From contig NC_058368.1 in the NCBI RefSeq assembly GCF_018350175.1, positions 69,504,001 to 69,568,000 of the forward strand: a DNA stretch of 64,000 nt, written 5' to 3'. The first letter of the stretch is position 1, and each line of letters begins with the position of its first letter. This document shows positions 26,557-39,444 of the stretch, one piece after another. The DNA comes from Felis catus. Its lineage: Eukaryota. The position numbers were made by a program, and so were the translations under genes. The notes beneath the pieces were generated by a model, which saw nothing but the letters and a program-made list of their open reading frames with translations, was not told where the DNA came from and ran no database searches.

Positions 26557-26946
26557 TGTATAGTTTGTTAGGGCGGCTGTAACAAACTACCACAGGTTAG
26601 GGGTGGGGGTGAAACAACAGAAGTGTGTTTCCTCACGGTTCCGGAGGCTGGGAGTCCAGACCAGGGTGTCGGCAGGGTCGGGGTCTCCTGAGGGCTTTCT
26701 CCTGGCCTGGCAAATGGCCGCGTTCTCCAAGTGCCCTCACATGGCCTCTCCTCGGTGCTCGAGCATCCCTGGTGTCTGTGTCCAGCTTTCCCCTTTTTAT
26801 AAGGGTACCAGTCACACTGGATTATGGTTCATCTTAATGGCCTTATTTTAAATTAATCACCTCTCTTAAGACCCTTTCTTCAAATACAGTCACACTCTGA
26901 GATACTGGGGGTAAGATTTTTGGAGGAGCAGTATTCAGCCCATGAC
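26557..26946 (-). mobile_element. MLT1 solo LTR
   Basis: TGTATAGTTTG...GCTGTAACAAACTACCACA...CAAATACAGTCACACTCTGAGATACTGGGG...ATTCAGCCCATGAC. Confidence 0.85.
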
Positions 26947-28789
26947 CACCCTCATGATGGGGCCATCGGTTTTTACTTTGTTGGCTCCTCCCCTCCACCT
27001 TCCGCCATTTGCTTTCATTGTGGCTTTTGCTTACACAGTAAGATGGACTTCAGCTCTCAGTCCAAACCCAGCTCCACCTCCCCCTTACGTCCCTGGCTGG
27101 CCTTTTGTAACCCTGAACAGTGCCCCCAGTGAAACTCACACCTTCTCTCCCTTCTGCCCTGATGGAACATTTTCTGGTCATTGTTCTACTTTTATATCCT
27201 CCTCTGGGCAGCTTACTGTTAACAACATCAGGGTAATTTTTCCAGAACAGTGGGTTTTATGGCTTCATGTTTTCCCTTCTGTCACCACTGTCTAAGTTAT
27301 CCCCTTGGGCACAGATTGTTGCTGTAGCTTTGTCACCGAATAACCCCCTGCCCAGCCCCCACCGTCCATCTTTTTCCAGCCTGTAGAACAGATCTTCTTC
27401 AGATGCATTTTTCTAAAATTCTGCTTTTCTTATGTCCTTCTTCTCCAGTGGCTCCCCGCTGCCTGCAGGGAAAGACCGTATTTGTCAGCAAGGTGTCTGA
27501 AGTCCTTCTAGTTTGTTCCACCCTGTTTTCCAAGCGCATTTCCAGCATTAATTCCTACTCTTCTTCGTATCTGCCTCCCCGTTTCTGTCCCATAGCTTTG
27601 TTGGGGCCGTTCCATTTTCCTGCAGTGTCTTCTTCTGTGTACTTGTCTCCTTCCAAGTATTCCCTGACATTAGAGACCAGATTGAGGACCATTCCTGCCT
27701 TCTCCATGATGGAAGCACCCCGTTGTGCTCCATGACCCTTCACGTCCAGACAGGGCCAGTCAACAAGCAGTCATTGTTGAACTTTCTATACCCCGCACTG
27801 TGTCTAGGTAGGTGCTGAGATCCAAAGATACCTAAGATTTGATTCTGGCTTTAGGGTGGTCATGAGGTTATGGGGGACGTAATCAGGCAGAGGCACATAA
27901 GACTGAACACCATGCTGACGCTTGACAGAGTCGTGGACACCGAGGAGGATACGGTACCTGAGCCCTGCCCAGGTGTCGGGGATGTGATACTGGCACTGAG
28001 TTCCAGAAAGCTCGACTAGAAGTTTCCGGATGGAGGAGGAGTGCAAAGCACTCATCCAGAGCGAGCCATGCATGTGAAGACCTGGGGGCAAGACCGAGGC
28101 AGTAGGGGGAGGGTGGCGTGGGGTAGGGGAGGGTGGGGTGGGTATGGCGGGAGAAGAGCCGGCTATTTGTAAAGGGGATTGGGTTTTGTTTTTAGGGAAA
28201 TAACGTTGTTGTCGTTGATACTACTATATGTAGAATGGTTTTTCTGGAAAAGGGGAACGATGAGGGGGATGGCAGGAAAGAAATGAATTAGGAGGAGAAA
28301 TCAGGAGAAAGACCCCTGTGTGAATGCATGTTTCGCTTCGACAGATTATAAACTTGAGAGCCACCATGTGTTTTATCTGTTTATCTTTGTGTAATACCCA
28401 CATTACTTAGTATGTTGGTGTGTCCATAAAAGGTAATTAATGGTGGCTAATGGCATGGCTTAGGCACTGTTTATCATCTCCTGTCCAGACTCAAGATGTG
28501 TAAAAAGTGGTGCCTTGCTCGCTGCAGACACTGATAATATGTTGAAAACAACTGAATCTATGGTATGAATAAGAGCTGACTGTAAAACTATAAAATATGT
28601 TAAAATATGCACAACTATTTGCATGCCTTGGTTGGTTGAAGGTGACCTTATTGTTTGTGAATGCATGAAGCTTCCCCACGTGTGATTGCTGTGCAGGGGA
28701 CAGAGAGCCCACCGAGCTGTGGTTCCAGGGATCCCAGGAAGGGTCGGAGACCACAGATGTCCCCTTAGGTGCTTGAAATGAGTGTCCTC

Positions 28790-28825
28790 TTCTGATGTAT
28801 TTTTCCTTCTCACTGCTTTCTGCAG
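28790..28825 (+). promoter_or_regulatory. 3' splice site: candidate branch point, polypyrimidine tract and AG
   Basis: TTCTGATG...TTTTTCCTTCTCACTGCTTTCTGCAG directly upstream of the exon. Confidence 0.85.
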
Positions 28826-28848
28826 ATATTCTATAATCTGCTTTCACC
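28826..28848 (+). other. FARP1: 5'UTR portion (23 nt) of FARP1 exon 2
   Basis: Lies between the acceptor TTTTCCTTCTCACTGCTTTCTGCAG (AG at 28824-28825) and the ATG at 28849. Confidence 0.88.
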
Positions 28849-29019
28849 ATGGGAGAAATAGAGCAGAGGCCAAGTCCAGGATCGCGACTGGGGGCCCCGG
28901 AGAATTCGGGGATCAGTACCTTGGAACATGGACAGAAGCCGCCCCCAACACCTTCAGGAAAACTCATGTCCATTAAAATCCAGATGCTGGACGACACCCA
29001 GGAGGCATTTGAAGTTCCA
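28849..29019 (+). CDS. FARP1: FARP1 (FERM, ARH/RhoGEF and pleckstrin domain protein 1) first coding exon, aa 1-57
   Basis: Translates to MGEIEQRPSPGSRLGAPENSGISTLEHGQKPPPTPSGKLMSIKIQMLDDTQEAFEVP, recognisable as the FARP1 N-terminus leading into the FERM domain. Strong Kozak context (CACCATGG). Ends in phase 0 at CCA|GTAAGT (GT at 29020-29021). The ORF-track extension VSWG... is intron read-through. Confidence 0.96.
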
Positions 29020-29025
29020 GTAAGT
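29017..29025 (+). promoter_or_regulatory. 5' splice donor
   Basis: CCA|GTAAGT; intronic positions +1..+6 match the consensus. Confidence 0.9.
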
Positions 29026-31004
29026 TGGGGTGTCTCCATGAACTCCAGAGTGTGGGCGGGCTTCAGCACTGGGAGGTTCATCTTCTCCCTGTTCTCAGTG
29101 ATGTGAGGTGGCAGAACAAGGGTCCACACCTCCCTCTCCACCCGCAGCACGTTCCTCTGACCCGTTCTGGTTTTGAGCTGTCCAGCTTTTACATTCACAC
29201 GTGTGCTGCCTACGTAGCGAGCGGTCTCAGTGCGCAGTTCACTTGACTCGTATGGTCTTTCCTATACAAATATATATATGTATGTAATACACACATGCTC
29301 TGTGTATCTGTTTGAACTGGATAGAATTGTGGTCTTGTGGATGTGTCTCTACATGTATTCTCTCTCCTTGGTGCGTGCACGTGCGTGTGCCCCTTCTCTA
29401 GTGTACGGGCAAGAAAAAGCCTGAGAAAACCATCAGAGCCACACACGTGTTTTCATGTCTGTAGGGAAGTGGACGACTGTGTTCAAGAGTGGGAAGTGTA
29501 GGGGGTGTAGAAAAACCCTGATCCAGACCCACCGGGCTACAGCCCTGGAATTTCAGAGGCCCACCATCCAGGGGAGGAAAATAGGGGTGTCTGAGGGGTG
29601 TCTGGGGGCCGCTCAGAGAAGGAAGAATCCGCAGCCTTTGCCTCATGCATCAGCGGGAGCCCTGCACCCTGGCTCTCACGCCCTCACCCCCACGATTCTG
29701 TGATTTTTTTTTTGTTTTTCTTCTCCTTGAGCCCCTGCCTTCTCCTTCTCCCCAACCTCCTCCTTAAATACAACTCCTGCTGGAGGTTAGGGAACTAGCA
29801 GCAGTTACGCGCAGGTGGAGGGTTTCTCGTGCGCAAGGCGGGCCGAGTGAGAGGAATATGTCCGGCTCTCCAGAAGTTGGACTGTGCCTCCCTCCATAAT
29901 CCTTATGCCTTACGTGGGTGGGGGTCCTTAGACCTACCTAGAAGCCCAGTTTGGATTTGGTTTTCTGTGTTCTGTCTTACGTACCATCCACTGCGTGTAG
30001 CATTGTTGGTGGGGAAGAAAACTGCTCTAAACAGCCAACTTAACAACAAAACTTTGGGAATATAACCTGTCTTTAAAGTGGAGACGATTCGTCTGTTGTT
30101 CCTGTTGGCTGGAGGGACTGGAACTTCATGACATTAACATCTGTAACCTATCATTTAATCATTTATGTGATATGATTCACTAAATTCTATTCATCTTAAT
30201 ATTGTTCAGAGAATGTGAATTATCATGAAGTGTCTCAGGGAAAGATAAACCTCCTGAATAGCCGTGTTTAGAACTGCCAATTCATTGCACAGCTCTTATT
30301 TTCTTGTTGGGGAAATTCCTGTCTTTCAAAGTCTTGGGAACGTGTCCGTATTCTGGTGAACAAAGCCACTGCTCGTCTGTTGAAACTGTAAAAATAAATG
30401 AGGAGTGCACCTGCCAGCCTGTTAGAATTTGGCCTTCTGGAACATGTACTCCCTCCCCCTTTCCAGCTTTTTTCTCTTTGTTGCCAGACTGGTTTGGTGA
30501 GGTATTTAGTTTCAGGGTTTCCTGTTGGTACTGTGCTAAGGACTTGGGAGCCCAAATCTCTGGCAACACATTCTGTTAAGTCGTGTTCCCGTGTGTGGTT
30601 TGGACTGACAAGCTATCAGCTATTGCTGTTGTGTGCATGAACTACAGGGAGCACTGTACTGTATTCAACTGCATTTCTTCAGGTGCCCTAAACCAAAACA
30701 TGTTTTAAGACTGTTGCTAGCTGTTGTTTTTCTAGGAGCTCTATGGGATCTCCCTGCCTAAGAAATAGGAGTGGAGTTTGTTTTCATCTTTTAAAAGTAT
30801 TTTACTTGATAAGTGCTGATGTCTGTGCTTTGCATTTATAATCCCTCTGTCTGGAAAGAACTTTTCTCCTTTCTTCCCTGATAAACTCCTATGCACCCTT
30901 AAAGACCCCATCAGTTTTACCCAGACACTAACTTCTGAGACTGAGACTGTAGCTTTTTCTTCCCTCCCTCTGTCCTCTTTACTTATACACCCGTCAGGGT
31001 GGAG

Positions 31005-31200
31005 CTGGGCTTCTTGGGTTCAAATTTCAGCCTTTTTTACTGACTTCTTGATCACCTTGGACGAGATACCTCTCTGTATCTCTGCTTTCTCCTTTGTAAA
31101 ATGAGGCTAGTGATAAACCCTGTCTCATACTATGATAACAACAGAATTGTTCCAGACACTATTTGTAACAGCTCGGCACATGCTAAGCACTTAATACAAG
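31005..31200 (+). mobile_element. MIR
   Basis: TGGGTTCAAAT...ACCTTGGACGAGATAC...TGTAAAATGAGG...GGCACATGCTAAGCACTTAATA. Confidence 0.75.
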
Positions 31201-31911
31201 TGTCGGGAGTGGTGCCTTTGCCTTTGTGTCCCGTTCCCAGCGCCTGGCATGTTAAAATGTTTGCTGACCGAGTGTTAAAGTGAGTTTATTTTACAAGTAG
31301 AATTGATGTCATTGTTAGTTTTTTCACATGCCCCATCCATTCATACTTTGATTTTCCTAGTTGGGCCAGAATGTTCCTTCTCAACCAGATGTTTTCTGTA
31401 ACTGCCTGTAGAAAGGCAGATATCAGCGTTTTTATTGACGGAACTGATGCTAAATTGCTACCTTGTGTTCTTTAAGCACAGAAACGGCCGGGCCTTCACG
31501 CAGCTGGAAGGCATCAGGCTGGCGGTGGTGACTTAGTCTTAGTCCTCAGGATGGGATCACAGCCACATGGGATTGCAAAAGATGCAGCCGTCCATAACTG
31601 CTGGAAAACCTGCCTCCACAGCTTCTTGCTGTGAATTCGTCAAGGCTGGGTGTCTGGCCCTGGAAGGATCTCCCTCGCCCATGTGTGATCCCTCCTTTGA
31701 TTGGGCGCCCCGAGAGGAATATATTCTCATTTCTCACTCACATTTGCCACACAGATGAGCAGGGCACGGGGCCAGAGGTCCCTGTGGTTTCCTTTGCTAA
31801 CGTTCTTGTACGAACCGTGTATTTCCTTGGGGATTGAATTTCCCGGGCCTTTTCTTGTTTTTGTTTTAGAGTAGAATGCAGGCAGAGTCATCATTGTATC
31901 TTATTGTTCTG

Positions 31912-32080
31912 AAGTTTATTTTGAGAGACAGAATGGGGGAGGGGCAGAGAGAGGAGGGAGAGAATCCCAAGCAGGCTCCGTGCTGTGAGTGCAGAGCCTG
32001 AGGCAGGGCTTAATCCCGTGAACCCTGAGCCGAAATCCAGGGTCGGACACTTTTACTGACTGAGCCACCCAGGTGTCCCC
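31912..32080 (-). mobile_element. CanSINE
   Basis: SINE body. Confidence 0.88.
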
Positions 32081-34551
32081 CAAGTCCTCATTTTCAGTAA
32101 TAAATGCCCTAAGTACTTCTGAGCACAGATAACCAAACCCTCGTCTGCATGGTTGCCTCTATTCTGATATCTAGCCTTTAAAAAAAAGTCACGTAAGAGC
32201 CTTTGGAAAAGCCTCCGTGATGAGCACCAGTTTCTTCCACTTTGCTTGTAGCCCCACCAACCACCTTTGCTCTTGAGCTTGGACGGTCCACTTCGGTATT
32301 TCCTCTGCAAAGTAGAAAGTTCAAATGCGGTATTTGTAGTAAATTCTTGTACAGCGTTGTATCACCTTCATGTGGAAAATGCTGTGCCAATAAGCCTCCC
32401 CCGTGGTTTATGATATACGCAACTTTCTCTTCCAGCCAGAGGGGACAAAATGAAGTGCCTCACGCAGATCTGAAAGGGTTAACGACCCTTCTCCCTGCGC
32501 CCCACCCCAGCCAGGGCCACCCTCCTTCGCTTAAGACCTCTGAGAAGGTTTTCTGTGTCCTGTCTTCCTGACCCTGCTGGTAAACAAACACTGTTCCTAC
32601 AGACACTTGGAGGAGAAGCCATCTGCTTCATGCTACAAGTGTTTATTCAGTTTGTTTTCGTTAGCAAGGTCACTCTAGGAAGCGTTGAGATCAGGGAATA
32701 TAAAAGGAAGCCGTTTTTTTTATTTTTTATTTATTTATTTATTTTTTTTTATTTTTGCTGTTTTGAGCAGCCCTGGTAAAAACACGTGGGGAAGATGCTC
32801 ACGAGACCAGAAGCCCCCTGGTCTGGGTTGAGTTGGCAGGAGTGGCCAGGTGCGGGGAGGCCGGCGGTGGTGGGAACCTTCTGGAAGCAGAGCCTGGAGC
32901 TGGTTGTGGCAGAAGGAATTCGGTGTCGGTCACAGCTATCGCAGGGTCCCATCATTGGGCCTTCTGCGTGTTTGTGTCTTGTCACCACTTTCCCTCAGAA
33001 GCCTGTAGAGCTCCAAAGTGCCTGAGGATAAAGTGGCCTCGTGAGTTTGGGGAGGCTGGGTGAGCTGGGGCTACAGCCCCTGGTTCTCCACCGCTGTCCT
33101 TGGTGGTTCACCTTCCGTATTAGCATCTCCTGCCACACCTGCTCTTCCTTGTTGACACCAAGGAAGCTTGTTTGGGGCTCCAACATGTAGAAGGGGAGCT
33201 CCGTGGGGCAGGGCCTCCTGTGTTCGTGTTTCTCACCGGGTCCTACACCTGGAGCTGTGTGGACCCAGCAGACGCCCGATGCGTGTTACCCGCTGCCCAC
33301 ACCTACGTTCTGTCCTCTGACTCCCGAATATGAGGGGTGGTGGGTGGTGGTGGCCTCTTGAAGAGCTTCTGGTCATTTCCCCCATTTTTGTACGCATTAT
33401 GACGAGACCGGGATTGGAACCCAGCCTTCATGATCCCCAATACCGTCCCCCTTCCCTGCCCTTAGCCTCACCTCTCCCACGGCTCCCAAAGGGAAGGTCG
33501 CCACTTTCTCACCTCTGAGCTGCTTTCCCCATTCTAAACACCTCCCAGCCTCCCTTCTGACGCCTTCTCTCCATCCCACCAACCATCCCGGGCCCTCGGG
33601 GCTCTTGCTGGGGGCCCTCTCTTTCACCACAGCTTGTTATCTGCACCTCTAATTAGACTTGAACCATGGGCTCCAATCTTCCTTTCTCCCTAATTAGCTC
33701 CTTTCTGTCCCTGCTGAGACTCAGTTTGCTTATCCGCAAAATGAGGTGTTTGGTCTAGATGATATTAAAGGCTTTTTTCCTCCCGTTGTTGGGAGCTGGG
33801 ACTCTGCGTTGACATCTTTGCTGATGGATTGTGTAACTTCTCATGATTAGTGTTTGTTAATTGCCGGGGCAGATGGTAAACTCTTTGAGAAAAGCAACTT
33901 TTCACCTTAAATAAAAAAGAACCCCCAAACTGATCAGATGCAGTAGTTTGTTACCTAATAAGTACTTAAACAAAAACAAAAAACACGTGAGGAGCATGAA
34001 GAAGCATGCTGGGGTTTACACATGATATACTCTTTATGGAGATCAGGAAATGTCAGTATTGTGTGTGTGTGTGGGGGGGGGGGGCGTTACTTACATAAAT
34101 CTCACTGAACGAAACTGGGCCAAACTACATTGAGTTGACAATGGAAGAGAGAAGACTGAAAGAACTCTGTTATTTTCTAGACCACACATTTTTCATTTGT
34201 TGAAAACAGAAGACCTCTAAATTTTTTAAGAACCAGTTGGCACGTCCTAATAGACCAGAGGTTTTTTTTTTACTGGGGGCAATATTGCCTGTGTTAGCTC
34301 AGACCGACTTAGGTGTTTCTTATGGTCCATCCTTAAGTGGTTAAACATTTCATTTTCTTACCTTGTGAAATGAAACTCGTTTAAGATCTAATTTCCCCTG
34401 AAGCTGGGCTTGACGTCAGTTGAGAGCTCGTGTTCTCCAAGTGCTTCGGTTCTTTGAAAGGTCTTAAATGGTCCTAGAATTTTAAAGCTGTCTTCTTCAT
34501 AAGCCTGAGCTCAGAAAAAGGACAGAGGTTGTCTTTAAGGCTCCATGATAG

Positions 34552-34685
34552 TGGGGTGCCTGAGTGGCTCAGTTGGTTGAGCGACCGGGTCTTGATCTTA
34601 GCTCAGGTCTTGATCTCAGAGTGTGAGTTCAGGCCCTGGGTTGGGCTGGGCTTGGAGCCTACTTAAAAAAAAAAAAAAAAAAAAA
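34552..34685 (+). mobile_element. Short CanSINE with poly(A)
   Basis: GGGGTGCCTGAGTGGCTCAG...GGAGCCTACTT followed by an A run. Confidence 0.9.
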
Positions 34686-37136
34686 GAATCTCCACATTTC
34701 CTTTGTAGACTGTTACTTTACGCCTCACTCATAACAACTGTGTCTTTGGAAAACATGCTCCTTTTCTCTTGGTCTTTTTAAGTTTTTAATGAATTTTGTG
34801 TGTTTCTCCCCTTCCCACTCCACTCCCCTCCCCATTCCACTCCCCCCCCCATTCCAGCCATCATAGAAAGGATAAGCCACTGAAAGTCGCTTTTCTTTTT
34901 CTTTTGTCCCCAGAGAGAGGGAATATATATTTAACTGAAGGTCTTGAGGGGAAATCTTCTTTTCTTAGAAGTGTTCTGTTTGTCACTCCCCTGCAATTCT
35001 GAGTCCCTCGTGGGGTGGATTATTCCCTCTAGGTGATCAGATTCTAGTGGTATTAGAAGGCAGGTGTGGGGTCCCCGGCTACTTTATTTTCTCTTTTTGC
35101 ATGAAATGCACTTAGAAGGAGACGGGGAGAGGGAGGCAGGGGGGGAGGAGTTGGTGGTGGGACCTGAATAAAATTTAATTGGCCATTTAAAACCAAGAAG
35201 AGAGCTGCGTATGCCTGGAGCTACATTAACTAGCTCTCAAGCAGCTGCAGTTTGGACCAGAATGAGGGGTAGGAATCTCACCAGGTCACTCAGCTTTTAA
35301 AAAATAAATCCGTGTTTCTTTCCTTATCTGTGTTGCTTTTGGCTCATTTTATCAGCAAAGTTTCTGAAATAGTATTTATGTCCACTCTGCTTTGCATAGC
35401 CCTTTCTGTGTTTTGTTTAACTAGAATGATAAATGGTGCTGTCTGGGTCTGGCCTCATGAGGTTCAATTTAAAAGCTATTTTAATGGATGAAAAAAAATT
35501 TTTCATAAATCATTTCAGCTTAATACTGTTAGCCTTCCTTTTTAGCTCCTTGTAGCCAAGAGTAGATTTCAGATGTTGGCCCAAAACGTTTGTGTGCACC
35601 CCTTTCAACTTTGATTTAGATGCTTGTGATCAAAGTCTGTCCTGTAGCTCTGACATGATTGCACGGATTTTCTAACAGCTGTTGGCTATTTTCTCCCTGA
35701 AAAGAGTCTCTCAGAACCTAATAAATTAAAAAAAAACCCAAAAAACAAAAACCCCAACAAAACCTGTAATTCAGAATGTCTGTATCTGACGTTAAAATCG
35801 GCCAGTATGCTGAGAAAACATAGGGAGTTTGAGAGCTGTTTTTTCCACCCCCGCCCCTTTTAAATGGGCATAATAAATTTTTTAATTCCCAGAAACAGAG
35901 GGGTTAGAGGGCAAAATCCAGGAGTGTGGATCCCGGCGTCATGGCTCACTGGCCGTGTGGCCCTGGATGAGCAGATCACCATTCTCCACCTGTCTCCTCT
36001 CAAAGTCTGGAAGCAGGATGCCTCCCTCCTGGGGCTGAGCTCTGTTGGAAAAACACCTTGCCGAGCCCTGGACTCCTATGGGCTTCTCAAGAAAGTTGCT
36101 CTTTTTTCCTTCCATTCCTGCTAAGCTTTAGTTTCTGGATTGTTCTTTAACAGAATTGAGACTGTGCTTTCATTGTAGAGCTGTCGGCGAGGTGAAATGG
36201 GGAAAAAAGTATGAAAGCACTTTAAGATTTAAAAAAAATTAAAATAGCATACTCATGGCAGGAGGAATCATGCCCACCGCCCCCCCCCCCCAAACGGGCC
36301 CCCATAGTTCTTTCTACAGTCTCACATTCAATTTGAGCTCTCTTGGGAGGGTTTTTCCTAAAATAGAGATGTATCCCAGGTGGCTTCTGAAGGTCTGTAA
36401 GAATGAAGTGTCACCTGGACAGCTGTGATGAATTCTCAGTTTCTGACAAGCACATTTACTCCCTGCCCCCACCCCCCACCCCCCCACCCCCGTCTTTTTT
36501 CTTCCCCCAACATATCTGCAGCTTCTCTGTGCTTCAGTTTGGTTAGCTCTGAAATAGACAGGGGTGTTCTTTTAGCTTAATTTTTATGTGCATTCTGGCT
36601 TTGCTGAATTTCTGCTCTACACACAGACCAGATGAAGGATTTCAGGGTGGATGAAGGTCGTTTAGACTTTCAGGACAGCTCTCCTCGGTGCAGGCTGTGT
36701 AGGTCCCTTTGAAGGAAGTGCTTAGATGGTGAGATACTCCTGTGTTTGAATGTTAATATGAAATACTAACATAAATCACACTGGTTTTTAAATGATCTAC
36801 TTTCTTTAATGATTCACATATTAGCCATTTCTTTGAACATTTGAGTCGGACGTTAGTTTTAACTCCTAAGGCGTGGGATGATTTTAATCAGTTGTGGTCT
36901 TCTGTAGGTGAGTAGTTCTCAAAGTCTTTAACACTTTGTAACTGTAAGCGAGAGCTGTTTTGGGTTCCTCTTCCCTCATTTGTATAAACAGGAAGCTAGG
37001 CTAGATCCCCACAGTGGAACCGTGCGGCTCTGGTGTTTGTGGAATGTGATCTGGAAAACACGATAGGAGTTGCACAAACACTTATGAGCACACAAGGCGA
37101 GGTGCTGCTGGGTTAAGTGAACAAAAAAAGACTACC

Positions 37137-37374
37137 TTTTATTTTTTTATTTTTTTTTATGTTTTATTTATTTTGAGAGAGAGAAGAGAGAGGGAGGGAA
37201 TGAATGATTATGAGCGGGGGAGGGGCAGAGAGTGAGGAAAAGGGAGAATCCCATGCAGGCTCTGCATCATCAGCACAGAGCCATACTCCGGGCTCGAACT
37301 CCCAAACCATGAGATCTTGACCTGGGCCGAAATCAAAAGTTGGACCCTTAACCGACTGACCCACCTAGGCACCC
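37137..37374 (-). mobile_element. CanSINE
   Basis: SINE body. Confidence 0.9.
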
Positions 37375-37881
37375 GCCAAAAAGGACTGTCTTTTAAAAAT
37401 CCCTTGCCATGTGCCCGACATTGTGCCAATGAATTTGTCCTTCTGTTATCTCGTTTGCGTTTGAGCAGTGAACCTCTAAGGCAGGCATGAAAGAGCCCGG
37501 TGAGGCTGGGATGGCATGAGGGACTTGGTCTAGGTCACAAAGCTGGGGGGAGGGAGCTGGGTCCTGGCCCTGCACATTCTCCACGTAAGCCCTGCTCTCC
37601 TCACGCCGTGAGCTCGTCCAGGGCCAGAAGTAGCCCTTAGGATAACCTAGCAGGTCAGTCGTGCTGGCCCCCAACACATGCTGGCGATAGGCACCCCGAA
37701 TTGGAAAGGATGGATTGAACAGGCTCATCCTGCGGGTGGAACACCCAGTGACCAGGGACCTTGTGGTGTCGTGTGCTCAGGTACCAGCACGGACTCCAGA
37801 TGGAATGCTCACACAAGAGCCGACCCAGGAGAAATGGAGGAGGTAGAATTGATAAGATTTGGCAGCACAGAGTGGGGGACC

Positions 37882-38372
37882 GTACAGCCCTTAGGTTTGC
37901 ACTTGGGAGACGGTACAGCCCTTAGGTTTGCACTTGGGAGACGGTACAGCCCTTAGGTTTGCACTTGGGAGACGGTACAGCCCTTAGGTTTGCACTTGGG
38001 AGACGGTACAGCCCTTAGGTTTGCACTTGGGACACGGTACAGCCCTTAGGTTTGCACTTGGGAGACGGTACAGCCCTTAGGTTTGCACTTGGGAGACGGT
38101 ACAGCCCTTAGGTTTGCACTTGGGACACGGTACAGCCCTTAGGTTTGCACTTGGGACACGGTACAGCCCTTAGGTTTGCACTTGGGACACGGTACAGCCC
38201 TTAGGTTTGCACTTGGGACACGGTACAGCCCTTAGGTTTGCACTTGGGACACGGTACAGCCCTTAGGTTTGCACTTGGGACACGGTACAGCCCTTAGGTT
38301 TGCACTTGGGACACGGTACAGCCCTTAGGTTTGCACTTGGGACACGGTACAGCCCTTAGGTTTGCACTTGGG
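37882..38372. repeat. 31-bp minisatellite, ~15.8 copies
   Basis: Unit GTACAGCCCTTAGGTTTGCACTTGGGA(G/C)ACG, head-to-tail, one variable position, no spacers. Confidence 0.98.
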
Positions 38373-38919
38373 TGGCTCTGTGCTGTCACAGAGGACTAGG
38401 GAATCCACGGGCGCAGGCCTTTCCATGACAACTGTTGTACTAGAAATGGTGTCGTTTTGTAGTTGACGGGAAGGCGTGTTGCTAATAAAAGGCACTGCCT
38501 TATTTTTAATCACAAAGAGGAATCCGGGACTCTGTAAATGAACCTGTAAGATTGGTAGTGATTATGTAAATTGTACCGAGTGGAAGTATCAAATGGAGGT
38601 TGATTGCTTGGTTTCCCTTTATATTAGGAAAATTATATTTACTCCTTGGATTTCCATTTCCTTGTCATCCAGAAGCTACGGTGTTCTGCTTGCCACACTG
38701 AAGTGAAGGCTGGGCTGGGAAAGCATTTAAATCTGGCGTCTTCAAAGGACCCTGCTCAGAATCATTTGAAAGGAAGGGGGTGATAGCGGTCATCAGCTTG
38801 TTATTTAATTTTGCGGCAGTTTAGTTATGAGGTGTAGCATAAAAGTGCATCTGGCTATTAGGTCATGTTCCGGTGGCCATTTGTCAGAATGTCAAACAGC
38901 ACACATATGCTCAGTTACC

Positions 38920-39111
38920 TTTTTTTTTTTTAAGTTTTATTTATTTATTGAGAGAGACGGTGAGCAGGGGAGGGGCAGGGAGAGAGAGGGACAGAGAGAA
39001 TCCCAAGCAGGCTCTGTGCTGACAGGGCTCCATCTAATGAACCAGGAGATCATAATCTGGGCAGATATCTAGAGTCGGATACTCAACCAGCTGAGCCACC
39101 CAGGTGCCCCC
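38920..39111 (-). mobile_element. CanSINE
   Basis: SINE body, abutting an MLT1 fragment. Confidence 0.88.
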
Positions 39112-39444
39112 AGGGTCGGTTCCTTCTGAGGGAGAATGCATTCCATGCCTCTCTCTTAGCTTCTGATGGTTTGCTGGCAGTCTCTCGTGTTCTTTGGCTG
39201 GAAGATGGGACGCCCCCATCTCTGCCTCCATGTTTCCATGGCATTCTCCCTGTGTTGGGTGATCATGTCCAAATTTCCTCTTCTTATAAGGGCACCAGCC
39301 CCACAGGATGAGGGCCCCAGCCCTAATGACCTCATTTGAACTCAATTACCTCTGTGAAGGCCCTATTTCCAAAGTCACATTCTAAAATAGTGGGGGTGAG
39401 AACTTTAACACCTGAATCTTGGGGGACCCAATTCAACCCATAGC
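39112..39444 (-). mobile_element. MLT1 LTR (partial)
   Basis: CCAAATTTCCTCTTCTTATAAGG...AATGACCTCATTTGAAC...ATTCAACCCATAGCA. Confidence 0.85.

Noticed and set aside
29020..29106. C-terminal extension VSWGVSMNSR... of the FARP1 ORF
   Set aside because: Lies past a consensus GTAAGT donor, so it is intron read-through.
28491..29198. 235-aa antisense ORF overlapping the FARP1 exon
   Set aside because: Non-ATG start, no recognisable domain, and partly the shadow of the real exon.
37882..38372. CRISPR-like array (31-bp repeat)
   Set aside because: Units are contiguous with no unique spacers, no cas genes are present and the context is mammalian. It is a minisatellite.
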